From Eutreptiella sp. 'Long Island Sound 2002' (Eukaryota > Protista > Euglenida): DNA of 64,000 nt. Numbering within the stretch: position 1 is the first letter of the stretch; every line of letters starts with the position of its first letter. The notes below the pieces were generated by a model. The model did no database searches, was not told where the DNA came from, and saw only the letters and a program-made list of their open reading frames with translations. The position numbers and the translations under genes were made by a program. Shown here piece after piece: positions 22,065 through 34,200 of this stretch. The stretch is taken from assembly GCA_964036045.1 (NCBI GenBank), contig OZ038378.1, positions 6,324,001 to 6,388,000 on the forward strand. Direction: 5' to 3'.

Positions 22065-22399
22065 GGGGATCCCCGGTGTGGTCGACTTGGCTAACTGTCA
22101 GTCTCCTGACCCGAGGGTTGTGGGATCGATTCCCAGTAGTGGCGGACCGGCGGTCGATGGCTGTCCGCGACCGCTGTGCGTCGAAGGCACCTACTGGTGA
22201 AGTTGTTGCAACTGATGAGGCCATTGGACTCAGGGACTCAGCTGGGCTTCCAGCTCCCGTCACAAGGTACCCCAGCCAGACAGGGGAACATCATCTGATC
22301 CAGGTTTGGATTCAACCCTGGATTTGGGCTGCATCGCCCTCAAGCGCACAAGGATTGCGCTTGCAAGCAACAGGTTGCATGTGCACCCTGGATACCCTC
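22063..22399 (+). mobile_element. tRNA-headed SINE-like element 2 (~340 bp)
   Basis: A-box-like TGGTCGACTTGG (~22079) and B-box-like GGGATCGATTCCC (~22122). Shares the GGATCCCCGG start and body blocks with 4616-5105. Bounded by CA-rich sequence on both sides, but no exact TSD. Confidence 0.65.
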
Positions 22400-23542
22400 C
22401 ACACGCACACACACTGGGCGCCCACCCCTGGACCCATGCAGGCCTTCCTCTTTAATATGGTATCCCCCCTCCACACGCACACACACATACACATTCTGGT
22501 TGAATGCAATCAGGAGCTGGGCCAAATGCACACGTGTCCCGCAGCATGGCAGCACTGCGGCGCACACCCATATGACGCTGAGGCAGCAGCAGCACACATA
22601 CCAACCCAGAGTCATTCTGTGGCTGCTGACGCCCCCGCTCTCAGTGGTGGATGACAGTTGCAAAAGATTTCTTGAGAGCTGTTCATGATTGTTGAGGTTT
22701 GACGAGGGTTTTGGGGGTCGGGGAATTTTGTGAAGCGTTGTGGCAGGGCATGAGTGGTGTGAAGGACATGTGGTCACTTGTTTTTGTTTGTTCATGGTTG
22801 ATAGCATGGAGGGTTGTTGAGGAATTGGGAGGATTAAGGAAGTATCGCTAAGTACGGTGTGTCAAATAGAAAAGCAGTTGCCTTCCCATGAAAAGCATTC
22901 ACCTTTTGTACATTTATGTATCTTTTGTACATGTGTTATCATTCATTATCTGCAGCAATGAGAGAACCATGAGACTCTTTTAAAAAGACATGAGCTCTGA
23001 ACGCCTTCTGTATCCCAAAGTCCACACAAGAACCTCCCCCCTCCCCCCCGCTGCTAGGGCCAGGGTCATGTTTCTTTTCCAGGAAAAACAATCAGCAGTG
23101 ATGTCGACTCCTTAGTTTCAATTTGCCCGTGGGGCAATGGTACACTCTGTGAAAACTGTATGTTTTTCATATGTTTATATTACTGCACCCTAGCGTCCCA
23201 CTTGCCCTGACCACCAAATCTGGTGTTCTCCCAATAGTACTGAATAGTGGGACATATCATGCCTACTTCAGGGTTCATTTCGATGGAAATATCCCAGATA
23301 TGTGCTTGGGATCATTGACCTCACCAGCATCTCTTTGTGTATGCTTACTTTTCTTCTTCCATGCCAGGTTCCGTGTCAATATCCTGCGGCTGCCAAGATT
23401 GACCTCAGAATACCTTCTATTCCGAGTTATGCTCGACATCCACCACCTTGAGCTCTTTGTTGGGTTAGGGAAGTGGGGAGGTTCCACGTCATCAAACAAC
23501 AACATCCCATCACCCTGCCTTCATCCTCCAAAGCATCAGTTA

Positions 23543-24021
23543 CCCCCCCCCCCTTGTAAAAGCTACGCCTTTGGCGCCGTATCCATGACAATGCACTGTG
23601 AGAGTTCTCGGAGTGATTCCAGAGGGTGACGACCATCGTCGCTCTATGGCTAAAAAAAGAGGGGGGGGAGGGGAAAGCTACGCCCGTGTCCAAGGTACAG
23701 CGGGCGTAGGGACCATATTAATTTGGTATCTAATTTGATTCGGTACAAATGTAGTGCGGCCACATAAGACATGGGTTTGGTGACGAATTTGCCAGTTACA
23801 TAGAGTCATGGACACATTTGTTGTGAGTGTTTGCCCACTTGAACCCAGGTAGCTCCGATTTGGGGGATATTTCTGCATTAAATTCCCCCTTTCTTGCACC
23901 AGCTCACCATGCAATCTTCTCTTTTTGAACCTGGTCGTCTACGGCCTTGTCCAAGCTACAGTAGGTGTAGGGACCGTATTAATTTGGGATTTTTGTGTGG
24001 CTTTTACAAGGAGGGGGGGGG
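23543..24021. mobile_element. MITE (~480 bp) with poly-C/poly-G-tipped terminal inverted repeats
   Basis: Left end TA|CCCCCCCCCCCTTGTAAAAGCTACGC; right end GTGTGGCTTTTACAAGGAGGGGGGGGG. Internal 23674-23933 is highly similar to 55523-55783. Confidence 0.7.
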
Positions 24022-24599
24022 TTTAGGTTGCTATATGGTCATTGTATTTGCGGCTCGTGTGCTCTTGTCCAGGATCTGTAGGGGGAGGTCTGTCCACTGG
24101 GTGAAATGGAAGTCTTTGTCCAAAACCCTCTGCACCGTGCACTGCTGTGGGCACATTGTGCATCCACCGGTCAACAACATGCCCTGTGTACAAAGATTTG
24201 CGGGAGGCCAGCGGCAATATTTGTCTAAAGCCACGCCGCTAGCTTTGGGTCAGGGTGAGGGGAGGCTGACAGGTGAGGGTGAGGGAGGGGAGATGGAGCT
24301 GGGCCTGATAGCAATGTGCTCTTGAGGGAATGTTGCTGCACCGGGCATCTTTTTAAGCCGACTTTCATGCCCCTGAGCAACACTACACTAAGCAAGCATT
24401 GTGATTCCTCCCCGCTCTGGGGACCAATAAGGCAGGGGTTATGTAGCCATTTTGATTCCTCTGTGCTTTGGAGGCCCCGAGACGGCAGTGCTTATGTAGC
24501 CACTTTTGATTGCGTTTGTTCAACCTGCTGGGAGGTTTCCCAGCCCATGTCATTGGAGACCCAAGAGGCAGGGGTAATGCAGCCATTTCAGTTTCAGTC

Positions 24600-24990
24600 T
24601 CAGGTTTGTCACCCCTTTTATGGACCATGGGTGCACGTCCCCCCTCATGTTTGGAAGACTGCTGATGCAAGCAACTCAGCGGCCACACAAGATGATGGAG
24701 CGGATGGGGTTGACATTTGGAAATTGTGCTCCCAGAAGCACACCACCACACTTTGTGGTGAATGTAATGAAAATTATTGTGCTGAGTGTATTGACCGACA
24801 CATTTGTGGGGAGAAATTGTTTATCAGGCACAACACATGTCACAAAGCACAAACTTGGTATTATGTTATGTGCTCCATAGGGAACGGTCTGGGATCAATT
24901 CTAGTCTGCTTGTGGGGCTTCTCTAGCGCAGGGTAAAGCTGGGGCTAAAGTCAGGATGCAAAAAAAAAGCACGCCAGGCAAATGCTCCCT
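24600..24990 (+). pseudogene. 3' fragment of a Harbinger-like element (paralogue of 26060-26460)
   Basis: PFYGPWVHVPPHVW..SNSAATQDD..LCGECNENYCAECIDRHICG matches PPYGPWEHVPPHVW..SNSAATQDE..VCDECKEHYCTECIDTHACG. Downstream non-coding sequence is also shared. Confidence 0.65.
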
Positions 24991-25244
24991 CCTTGACGAA
25001 AGGGGTGCAGCGGTGACTCACGGACACATCATGTTTGTGTCCGAGGGAGCCGTACAGTGAGCACAGGGGGGGAACGTTAGCGCGCCGGGCGCGTGCCGGG
25101 CATCTTTTGTGACCCATACCCCACCGGTGACCTTCTAGGGGGTGCACTAAGGGGGCGCACTTAGCGCAGTGCAGCTATTTGGGCTTTCGGCTGTACTAGA
25201 GACCCATACTTTGAGATACTAGGAGCATCATGGTGACCCCTAGC

Positions 25245-26290
25245 GTACGAAGTTGGGGGCCATGGTGGTGCATATAAAGGCCGGATTCATGCCATTGTGC
25301 CATTCATTGGAAGAAAAAATGGCACTTTGACAGCCCGCCAACAATGTTACAATGACGTGCACGGGTGGTATAGGGCCATTTACGGCACGAAGTCCCCCCC
25401 CCCCCCCGTACCCTGGAGGTACGGGGGGGGGCTACGGGGGGGAGGTATGGGGGGGGGGGGGTTTGGCGGTTCGCACACAAGGCGGTGCATACACAAGGCG
25501 GTGCACACAAAAGGCGGTCTGTGGCCACCACAGGAGTCTTGTTATTTAAGGGGCCACACGCAAGGCGGTACACACACAAGGCGGTACACACACAAGGCGG
25601 GGCACACACAAGGCGGTGCACACAACACGCGGTCTGTAGCCACTGCAGGAGTCTTGTTATTTAAGCGGGGGTGCGGGGGCTGGCCCCTGCGTCGAGCGAA
25701 GCGAGGCGGGGTACGGTTACTGGGGAGATACGGGGGGGTACAGGGGGGGGTAGCCACTGCAGGAGTCTTGTTATTTAAGCGGGGGTGCGGGGGCTGGCCC
25801 CTGCGTCGAGCGAAGCGAGGCGAGGTACGGTTACTGGGGAGATACGGGGGGGTACGGGGGGGGGGGGGGTACGGGGGGGGGATACAGGGGGGGGTACAGG
25901 GGGGGCGACTTCGTGCCGACTATCGGGCACGCATTGAGCAGCTGTTTGCTCGGTTGTGGCATTATGGTTTTGTTAGGAACATCTGGCGTGGCTGCCCCAA
26001 TGAGTTGCACCAGTCAGTCCGTATTTTGTTGCATTTTACACAATTTTGCATCCGGAGGCAAGTCCGTCACCCCCCCTACGGACCATGGGAGCATGTCCCG
26101 CCTCACGTTTGGACTGACCAAAGCAACTCAGCCGCCACGCAAGATGAGGCAGAGGATGAGGCAGATGTGTGTGTGTTGTGTTGCTAGAAGCGCTCCACCG
26201 TCGCAGTTTGTGATGAGTGTAAGGAGCACTATTGTACTGAATGTATTGACACCCACGCTTGTGGGACCAATGTCGTTTGTTAAGTACAAT
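25245..26290 (+). pseudogene. PIF/Harbinger (IS5-like, DDE_Tnp_4-type) transposase C-terminal remnant, interrupted by a 544-bp insertion
   Basis: Removing 25377-25920 and one copy of the 8-bp duplication restores GAYKGRIHAIVPFIGRKNGTLTARQQCYNDVHGWYRARIEQLFARLW, the typical PF..LT..Q..YN..H...R..IE..F motif. Confidence 0.75.
25377..25920. mobile_element. G-rich MITE-like insertion with internal tandem repeats
   Basis: Inverted core CGGCACGAAGTC / GACTTCGTGCCG at the two ends. Imperfect 8-bp flanking duplication TATAGGGC (25369-25376) / TATCGGGC (25921-25928). Internal CACACAAGGCGGT units and an ~110-bp duplicated block. Confidence 0.65.
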
Positions 26291-29289
26291 ACAGATGACA
26301 GTTGGAGTTGCTGAATTCACAGATATTGCTTTATTATGCAACGTGCTTTGTAGGGAATGTGTGCAGTGTAACCTGGTCTACTTGGGGGGCTTCTCCATGA
26401 GAGGGTAAATCTGGGGCTGAAGTCGGGATAGTTAATAGAAAAGTAGCGCGCCGGGCAAACATTCCCCCAGGAACAACGCGCCGGGGGGGTGGGGGGGCAA
26501 ATGCCACGAATTTCCTGACGGAATCCGACGTTGTGTATCGCAATTCGAAGCATCAAGTGGCAAGTCTGAACAATTTCTTGACCACAGCCAAAGGCCCAAG
26601 GAGTAGGATACATCCTGTGCGTTGTGCCCTTTGCGCGCACCTCGCAGAGTGAACAGCGCCTCTAGCACACCCCCGCCGCCACCCTGCCTCCCTGTGACGA
26701 CGTGCGAGAGTCTTCTGCCTTCGTCGCTGCGTCGCTGCAGACGTTTCTTATGTCGAACTTCACGCGGTCCCGAACTTCACCAACAGAGATCTTCACACCG
26801 CCACTGCAAAGGCTCTGGTTTCCACGGCCCTCTGACCCTTGTGAGGAGGCACATTTGGAACATGAGGAAGAACGGCTGGCGAACCAGGTCCTCTTGCCGC
26901 TGTGTGCGTGTGCGTGTGTGTGTTATCCCCCACCCCCTTCCCCCTTTACGTCTGTAGGGCATTTGGAAGGGGTTTGTGGGGCCATATGGCGCTCCAGGGC
27001 CGTGCTTTGTGCATCTGGATCTGCGAGGGTGATGCCTGGGAGGTTTCGGAGGGAGCAGGGCTTGGGGCCTCAGGGCTTCGGGCGAGATGCTTCGTCGCCG
27101 TATAACGTGCGCGCACCCCCCGTGCACATGCCCCAAGGTTTGCCATAGCCCCTTTTTCGGGCTCAATTGATCAAAACCACCAAATGCCCAGGGCAGACAA
27201 CTCATTTTGTCCGTTTTGTCACGGATGTCTGAGGCCGAAGGTCAACCGTCGTCAACCGTCGTGAACCGTCGCAAAAAAAGGCCTGAACCCCGTCTCGAGT
27301 CCGAAAGAGTGGATGCTCCACCAGAACGACACAACATGGCCCATGCAGTCGGCGCTATCATTGACCTCTCCGAACACCCAGTTTTGCCTCGTTGGTGATG
27401 GAGGATGCCCAGGAATGTTTTGGGCAGCCCATTTGCAATCTGCAAACGCTGGATGTGCAGGCTCTCGGGCAGGATCACATGGGGCGTACAGCAACAGCAT
27501 TGTCCCCAAAAGGGATCACACGTTGTTGGTCACCTTTGAAGAACGCCTATTCAGACCGTAGTGACCTGCTGTCGACCCAGTTCAAAGGACGCAGGATGCC
27601 CCGAAATTTTGTGAAAGGGGGCCAAAGCACCCCAAACGGTCTTCTTGTTCAGTGTTGCAATGTCGCGGATCGCTTCCGCATACCTTGCCCTTACCGACTG
27701 AAGAAATTTTTGGAGGGCTGCCCTGCACGAAGACTGGTTTTACATGTGCCAGTGTAGAGGTCCCTGGGTTCAACAGAGCGTTGCCCGTGAGGGGACAACT
27801 TGTCAAATTTTTCAAGTTGAACGTGGTGGCAACTGCGATTCATTAAGTCCCCGTGCACGTCAAATGCAAGGAGCCTCCCCTTCCACCCATCCCAGTCTAA
27901 TTCCAAAAACCGGGTTTAGTGTCAGAGCCAACACATGGTTTGATGCCTCTTGCGCATGCATGGATCCATGGAGTTGGTGGTGCATTTCTCTGCGTGATTC
28001 CCTGAAGGTGTCCCGCACTTCCAGGGCTGGAGGAAGTGGGGTTGGGTATCCGCAGCCTGCAGACTCGTTTTCTCGTATGCTGTCACCCTCCCGTCGCCTG
28101 GCTCTTGACGGCATTGGCTCATGCTCATTGCATTTTCTATTTCCATTGTGCAGTATGCGGCCCTTCGAAAAGAATGTCCATCGCAAAATCCTCCAATTGG
28201 TATGAGACCTGCTGAGCTACATCTGCTTTCTTTTTGTCATTGCATGTTGGATTGCAGCATGCGTTCCATCTGACCGAAGGCATCATCAATTCTGTCTTCA
28301 GCCCGTCGAATGGTTGGTGCACCTTTTCGCTGACTTGAAGCCGGAATCCCACAGGATCGATGTACTCTTGCCATAGGATGGCCCTGTTGGGGCTTGGTGG
28401 CCAGTTTGTTCCTATTTTGTCCTTCGGCACTTTTCTGGCATGCCGGATTGGCTGCAATCTGACAACAAACTCGATTTCATAGATCGTGGGCGTTGCAAAT
28501 TGGCCAAAATGGCTCAAAACATTTCAGAATGGTGCAGACTGGGTCAAAAGGTCGTAAATGTGCATCAGATCTGGATTATCTCAGGGCGTTTGACCCATTT
28601 TGATGCCTCGATGCCTCGTTGGTGCCCTTGGTTACCTGCATGTCGTGGCTTTGCAGGTGCTCTGCAACATATTTTCCGTAGATTTGCCGTAGTATCGTAT
28701 TTTGTGGCTGGTACTGTGGCGTATTATTATCATTGCCCCGTAGCATTGTCGAGTGCGCTGGAACGGCGTCACACCTCTGCTACCCGGCTTTCTGCTCGGC
28801 CATACGCCTACTGTACCCCTCAGGCTGTACCAGGCAGGACAACGTGGACTCCGATGGAGGATATGATGATGAACAAGATGATTTGGAGGAGGATCCCGAT
28901 TTCGAGGTGGTACCCTCTGCACAGGACCATTCATTCGTCAGCTGCTTTCTCGCACATGGTGGGGGGATGAGACCCGCTTGTGGGGCTACCATGACATGGG
29001 AGGTCTGCACATGCGAAACACTGGCCACCAATGGAAAGATCGGTCAGTTGTAAAAGAGGCTGGGGGAGCGGGAGGATACACGGGTAGCAGAGTGAGAAAC
29101 AGCGGCGTCAACAAACAGCGATCCCGCCATTAATGGTCGAGCCCAGTCTTGGCGGAATCACGAAGGCCTATCAGCAACGCCGTGCACCGAGACGGAGACG
29201 CAGTGTTATGCAGGATGTTGATAGAGCCCTCAAAGTCCGATCATCCGCATAGACTTGTTGTGCGCAGGGGTCGTGGGAGGCCGTAGCCA

Positions 29290-31223
29290 TGCCATGGACA
29301 TTGCGGGGGGATCACAAAATGCCCATGCCACTGAGCGGGTTGCCAATATCCCAAAACGCCACTGCCTATTGTAATTCCTACAAAACCTGCAAGAGTACTG
29401 TGAGCTGCGCTGGACGGCTGTGCTACAGGCACCGCCCCCCTCACCGGACACCAGGCAGAGAAATGCCCAGCGGGCCAAGGAACGGCGGGAAGCAACGGAG
29501 TCCAGCCCCAGCATCAGGGAGCGCATCCCCAAGCTCAAATACACATCGTCGCTGCTGCCTGCTATGCACACCCCCAGGCATCTCACCGGCAGAGGAGGAG
29601 GTAAGAAGAACGCCACCTTGTTCGCGGCTGACTACTTTCCAGCACACCGCAACCCTGGAGCTCCCCCCACGCGGCCCTACCGGTTGCTCCGACCTGCCAA
29701 GCAGGCGGCCCCGCCTCCACTTGATGTAGCTGCGGTGGGCTCGAGTCACCAAGCGGCACTGCCGGCGGGGCGAACGGCAGCGCCCAGCGATTTGTCTCAG
29801 CGCGTAGATGCGCTAACCCCCCCGGATGCACCTCTGAGTTGGGCCCCGCCGTCGCCGTCACCCCCAGTGCAGGTGGAGTACACCTCGGAGGAAGGGCCCT
29901 CTACCCCGGAGGTCTTCTCCTCGTCGTCCTCATGGGAGTCTGAGCCCATCAACAACGGGGGACACTACCGACGAGCGACTACGGGGCCCAGATGCGGCCC
30001 CGCGCGGTCCCCACCGCCACGCGCAGTGCCCCGCACACGCGCTCCCAGGGCCCGATCCGTTCACCGGTCAGGGAACCCGGCGCTGAGGAAGTCACGGCGT
30101 AGGGCGCCTCCTGTGCGGGCGCCCCGAGGGGTCAAAAGGCGGCAGTCAGTCACGGAAGGGCCGGGGAGCCCACGACGCAAGCGACCCCAGCTGCAGCAAG
30201 GGGATGCGCAGTCACATACGGCTCTAGAGGCCCCAGACCGTCACGGGAGCCCAGCCAAAGCTCCCCTCCCCATGTCCCGGCATGCGCTCTCATACCTACA
30301 GCTCACAGGAGCCATCACTCCTGAACGGGCGTCACGCATAGTGGTGGTAAGCACCCCAGAGGGGCAGCGCACCCCACTACCGACACGGAGCCCGGTGCAG
30401 CCTCCAAACGAACAGGGGCGCGACATCCCCCCAGGGATAGCAAGGATGTTGCAGCAGATCCGAATGCCTCAAGCGAGGCCACAACCGCTACCGCCCAGAA
30501 GGGAAACACGGCCCAGCGCGCGGACTTCACGCGCCGCCGTCCTGCCCACCGGCCCTCCGGCGGGGTTCAACATAATTAGCACCCCGTCTCCGCGGGTGCT
30601 GAGTAGGCCGGGGCAGTACTCGCCATCTCCGGCATGGTCGCCGGCGGTGACTTCCAGCTGGCACTCGGTGCGGCACGTGTCCCCAGAACATTGGTCGCCC
30701 GCATGCACACCGGGGGGGGGGTCTAACCGACAACAGGATTCACCTCACCTGCCCCCCGTCCTGCTGGCGCCCCTATTTGAGAGCGCCATGTCTACCCCGC
30801 GAAGGGACAGCACTCAGAGTGCGTCTGATGAAGATGTGCAACAATACGCAGTCCGGTGTTCTGCCCCCCCCCGATCTGCCCCCCACCCTGCTGGCGCCAC
30901 TTTTTGAGAGCGTAATGTCTGCCCCACGAGCGGGCAGCACTCATCGTGAGTGCGATGAGGACATGGGTCAGTACGAAGTCCAGTACTCTGTCCCACCCTC
31001 CGTGGGGGAGTGGCCCCCTAACCCCTTTACCTTTCCCTCTCTTCGCGGAGCACAGCGTCTCTGCACGGAATTGCCTGGCATGGCCCGACAGGGCCAAGGG
31101 TGGGTTCGTGATCCCCATGCACGACACTCCACCATGCTGTACAGCATGCATGAGGGAACTCTGTCTTCCAACAGCGCAGATGGGCTCATGAAGCATGGAC
31201 GGGCCTCACGTGAGGCAACCTAA
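29290..31223 (+). pseudogene. 5'-truncated divergent relative of the LINE A/B ORF2 C-terminus with a long Pro/Arg/Ser-rich tail
   Basis: LQEYCELRW versus LAAYCERTW, and GGGKKNATLFAADYFP...PPTRPY versus GGGGCSSFAADFFP...LPQRPY. Track ORFs 29420-30907 and 30777-31223. Confidence 0.6.
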
Positions 31224-34200
31224 AGGACGGAGGGAGGAGCCTCTTGTCATACAGGGCGGCAGCTCTCCAGAAACCCGCGCGACTTGCCCCTTGGGTGAGT
31301 TTGGGGGCTGGAATGGGTAGAAGCCCCATGGACTATTGCTCCTTAATATGATTTCCTTCCTGCCACCGCCTATTGTAAAGCGGCCAAGGGGCGCTTTGTT
31401 TTTGTTTGTCACAAAAATTGTTTTGCCAGTTTTGGTGCGCACAGCATGTCCTTGCTGCTGCACCCGTAAGGGGTTTTCAATCACCTTCATTGGCTCTGCC
31501 GCGCGTTCCTTCACGGGACCCACGCAGCCTCGCCATCTCAAAACACGGATCGATGGGTATTCCACATTATCATATGGCCTGGTATTGGGTCTGTCAAACC
31601 CGCTGATTTTGTGGTTGCCTGATGTTCAGCCCGATAAACCTGGCATTGGATCTGTCAGGCCTGACGTTTGAATGAGGGTTATGTTGTGGGGGGTGTTCCT
31701 GGGGGCGGTGGGGGCACGAATTGGGGCTGCTTCGACCACGTGGGGGATGGCCAAAGCGACAGTGGCCATTAGGGCCCAGGAGTGGCATGCAGGCATGCGG
31801 TACTGTCTGCATGTCTGGTTTTCAACTTCAGCCGGCTGGCACACACAGGACGAGGGGGTGGCAACAGGATTTGCGGTAGCACCTCCAGCCCTCGCAATGT
31901 TTGCATCAACGTTTGGCTGTCTGTTACGTGTTCAAAATGCAAAGGTCTGAAACATTGTGGGTCATGGATGACGGAATGAAGCGGGGGAGATCAGGGTGCA
32001 GGGGCAAGAGGAGGAGGTTGAGAGATGGGTGTTGGGGGTTTAGGCGAGAGGGCACCGCAGTGAGGTGTTTTTCCCCTTTTCACCACATGCACGACCACTC
32101 CTCCCTTCCCACCCACCATGTACTCCTCCCTGAACGCTTGTGAACGATTCACCATGTTGCATCCCTGCAAATGTCTTCCTGCTTCAACTCTTCTTCAACT
32201 CTCACCCCTCCCAACCCTGTGGTTTATTTAGGCTGTAGGACCCATGTGTCGACTGAGGTTGTCGTCAAGGAGAGAGCTTTGTGGGCGGCAACCACAAAGC
32301 AGGTGCATGGCGAACACAGCAGTGGAAGAATGATTAGCTAAGTTGCATGGTACCAGGAAAAATCGGAGGCAATCAAAAGCATTGTGCACGTTGACCTGTG
32401 GTTGGTCTGTGGACCCAAGGAAGAACATATGGCCCGAGCTCAATGTGTTCAATGCAGGAAGGCCCAATATGCATGTCGTTTGTACAAGCATTGGATGTGC
32501 ACCACAGCATGAACCATCTACTGCAGCCATTGGACTTGTTGGTCTCAATTCATCCCCACATTGTGGCACACCTTTAAGCGTAGGTGAATAGGAGAAGGAT
32601 AGCCAATAAGGTATCATACAAAAGCAGCCAGTCTGAGCAATGCATGGTCAGCATTCTCTGCCATCTCATTTTGGAGCTGAAATTTGAGTTTCACCACCTT
32701 TTTGGGTGGAGCCACTGCTGTATGTCCAATATTGCCTGCAAGAGTAGGTGCAAATGTGAATGAAGGAGACAATGGATGCACAAAGGCTTGTGTAGTAGTG
32801 GAAGTGCATTACACTCGCAGCAAGAAAAATGACGATTCAAGGCTTTCTACAAACATCTAGAGATGGCCAAAGTGGACAAGTTGACAGTAGTGGCCAAGTG
32901 GTACAAGTGGTTGTAAAGGCAGAGAATAGTTTACGTATCAAAGACGAGGCCGTGAAGAAACAAAGGCTTTTAGCATTGTAATTACGAGGTCGCTTCTCTC
33001 TTCTCTGCAGTCCTCATTTGCTGTGGCTGTTTGCCAAATGTATGGAGGAAGTAGTCTCAAGTGCAATGAAACAGGGTGGCAGGGTTCAGTTAGAATGATA
33101 CAGATCTTCAATGTTTCTTCTAGCATGGTATTCCAGTCAGGGTTTTACCATTCCTACGCTCCGTTCATATCACTATTCTTGCTCATTGTGGTTCCAGGCA
33201 GCATGACCAACTTTGCATGCAGTGCAACCGCATATGCAACAACGTTCCCCTATAATGCACCTGTCTAGTCAGCTGCCCACTGTGTTGTGCTGTGCGCTGC
33301 TGATGCCAACGGCATCATATAAGTAGTGTTCTTCAATGCGGACCAGAGGTTCACCCATTGGGTGCAACTTGTGGGATTGGGTAATGCACACCCATTGCAT
33401 GCGACTTGTAAGGTAGCACCACATGCCGAGAGTATTGAACACCACCCATTTGCCTCACATTATTGCTACTCCTCCCCAACCCAGCAGCACAGCCCCCATC
33501 CTTTCCTGTTGATTTGTGTGCAACTGCATTCACATGCAAACGCTACTCAATTTTGTAGCCTCTTTTCCCTTGCAAGATTGTGGTGCCTTTGTGGTGCCAG
33601 ATAAAAATTGAAATTTGTGGTGCCAGAATCAACATATGCCCCCTGGTCAAACAGACACACACAGACATCGTGTGTGCCCACTTTGTCGCTGCACCGGCAT
33701 GGACATTTTGTGCGCAGACCATTGGGCACAACATATACATGTATACGCAGTGGCAGGGCCTTTGCAGAGTTTCTTCGCACCACAAACGTCCATTCCAGCT
33801 GAGAGGCAAAGGGGCTTTTTGTTGCTCCAGTGAAGCAGAGAGGGGCTTTGGGGTGCTGCTTGCATTTTCACCAGAATCCTCACTGCCATTGCACTGGCGT
33901 GGACATTATTGGCGAACAGAAAAAGCATAGGGTAGATTTTAGGTGTGATTGGAAGGCATGGCCTACAAACGGCACAAACAAACGGATTGTTTCTGCAGTT
34001 TGGATTAATGGGGATGCAACCCATGGCCTGTCATATTCGTATGTTGGGTGGTGCTGTTCTGCCAGCTCTCAATAGACTGCATGTGTGTCTTGTGTTTGAC
34101 GTGAACCGTGAGCCCTTTGTCTGTTTCATTCATTGCGGCTTTTTTCTTTCAAGAATGGCGGCAGCGACTTCGAGACCAGCGATGGGTGGACAATGACTCC

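Noticed and set aside
22195-22240. Hammerhead ribozyme around CTGATGAG in SINE-2
   Set aside because: No correctly placed GAAA or stem II/III pairing could be built.
25470-25860. CRISPR-like array
   Set aside because: The repeats are contiguous tandem units without unique spacers, in a eukaryotic context with no cas genes.
25297-26187. 296-aa ORF as an intact gene
   Set aside because: It is a transposase remnant read through a G-rich insertion, and it lacks the N-terminal catalytic region.
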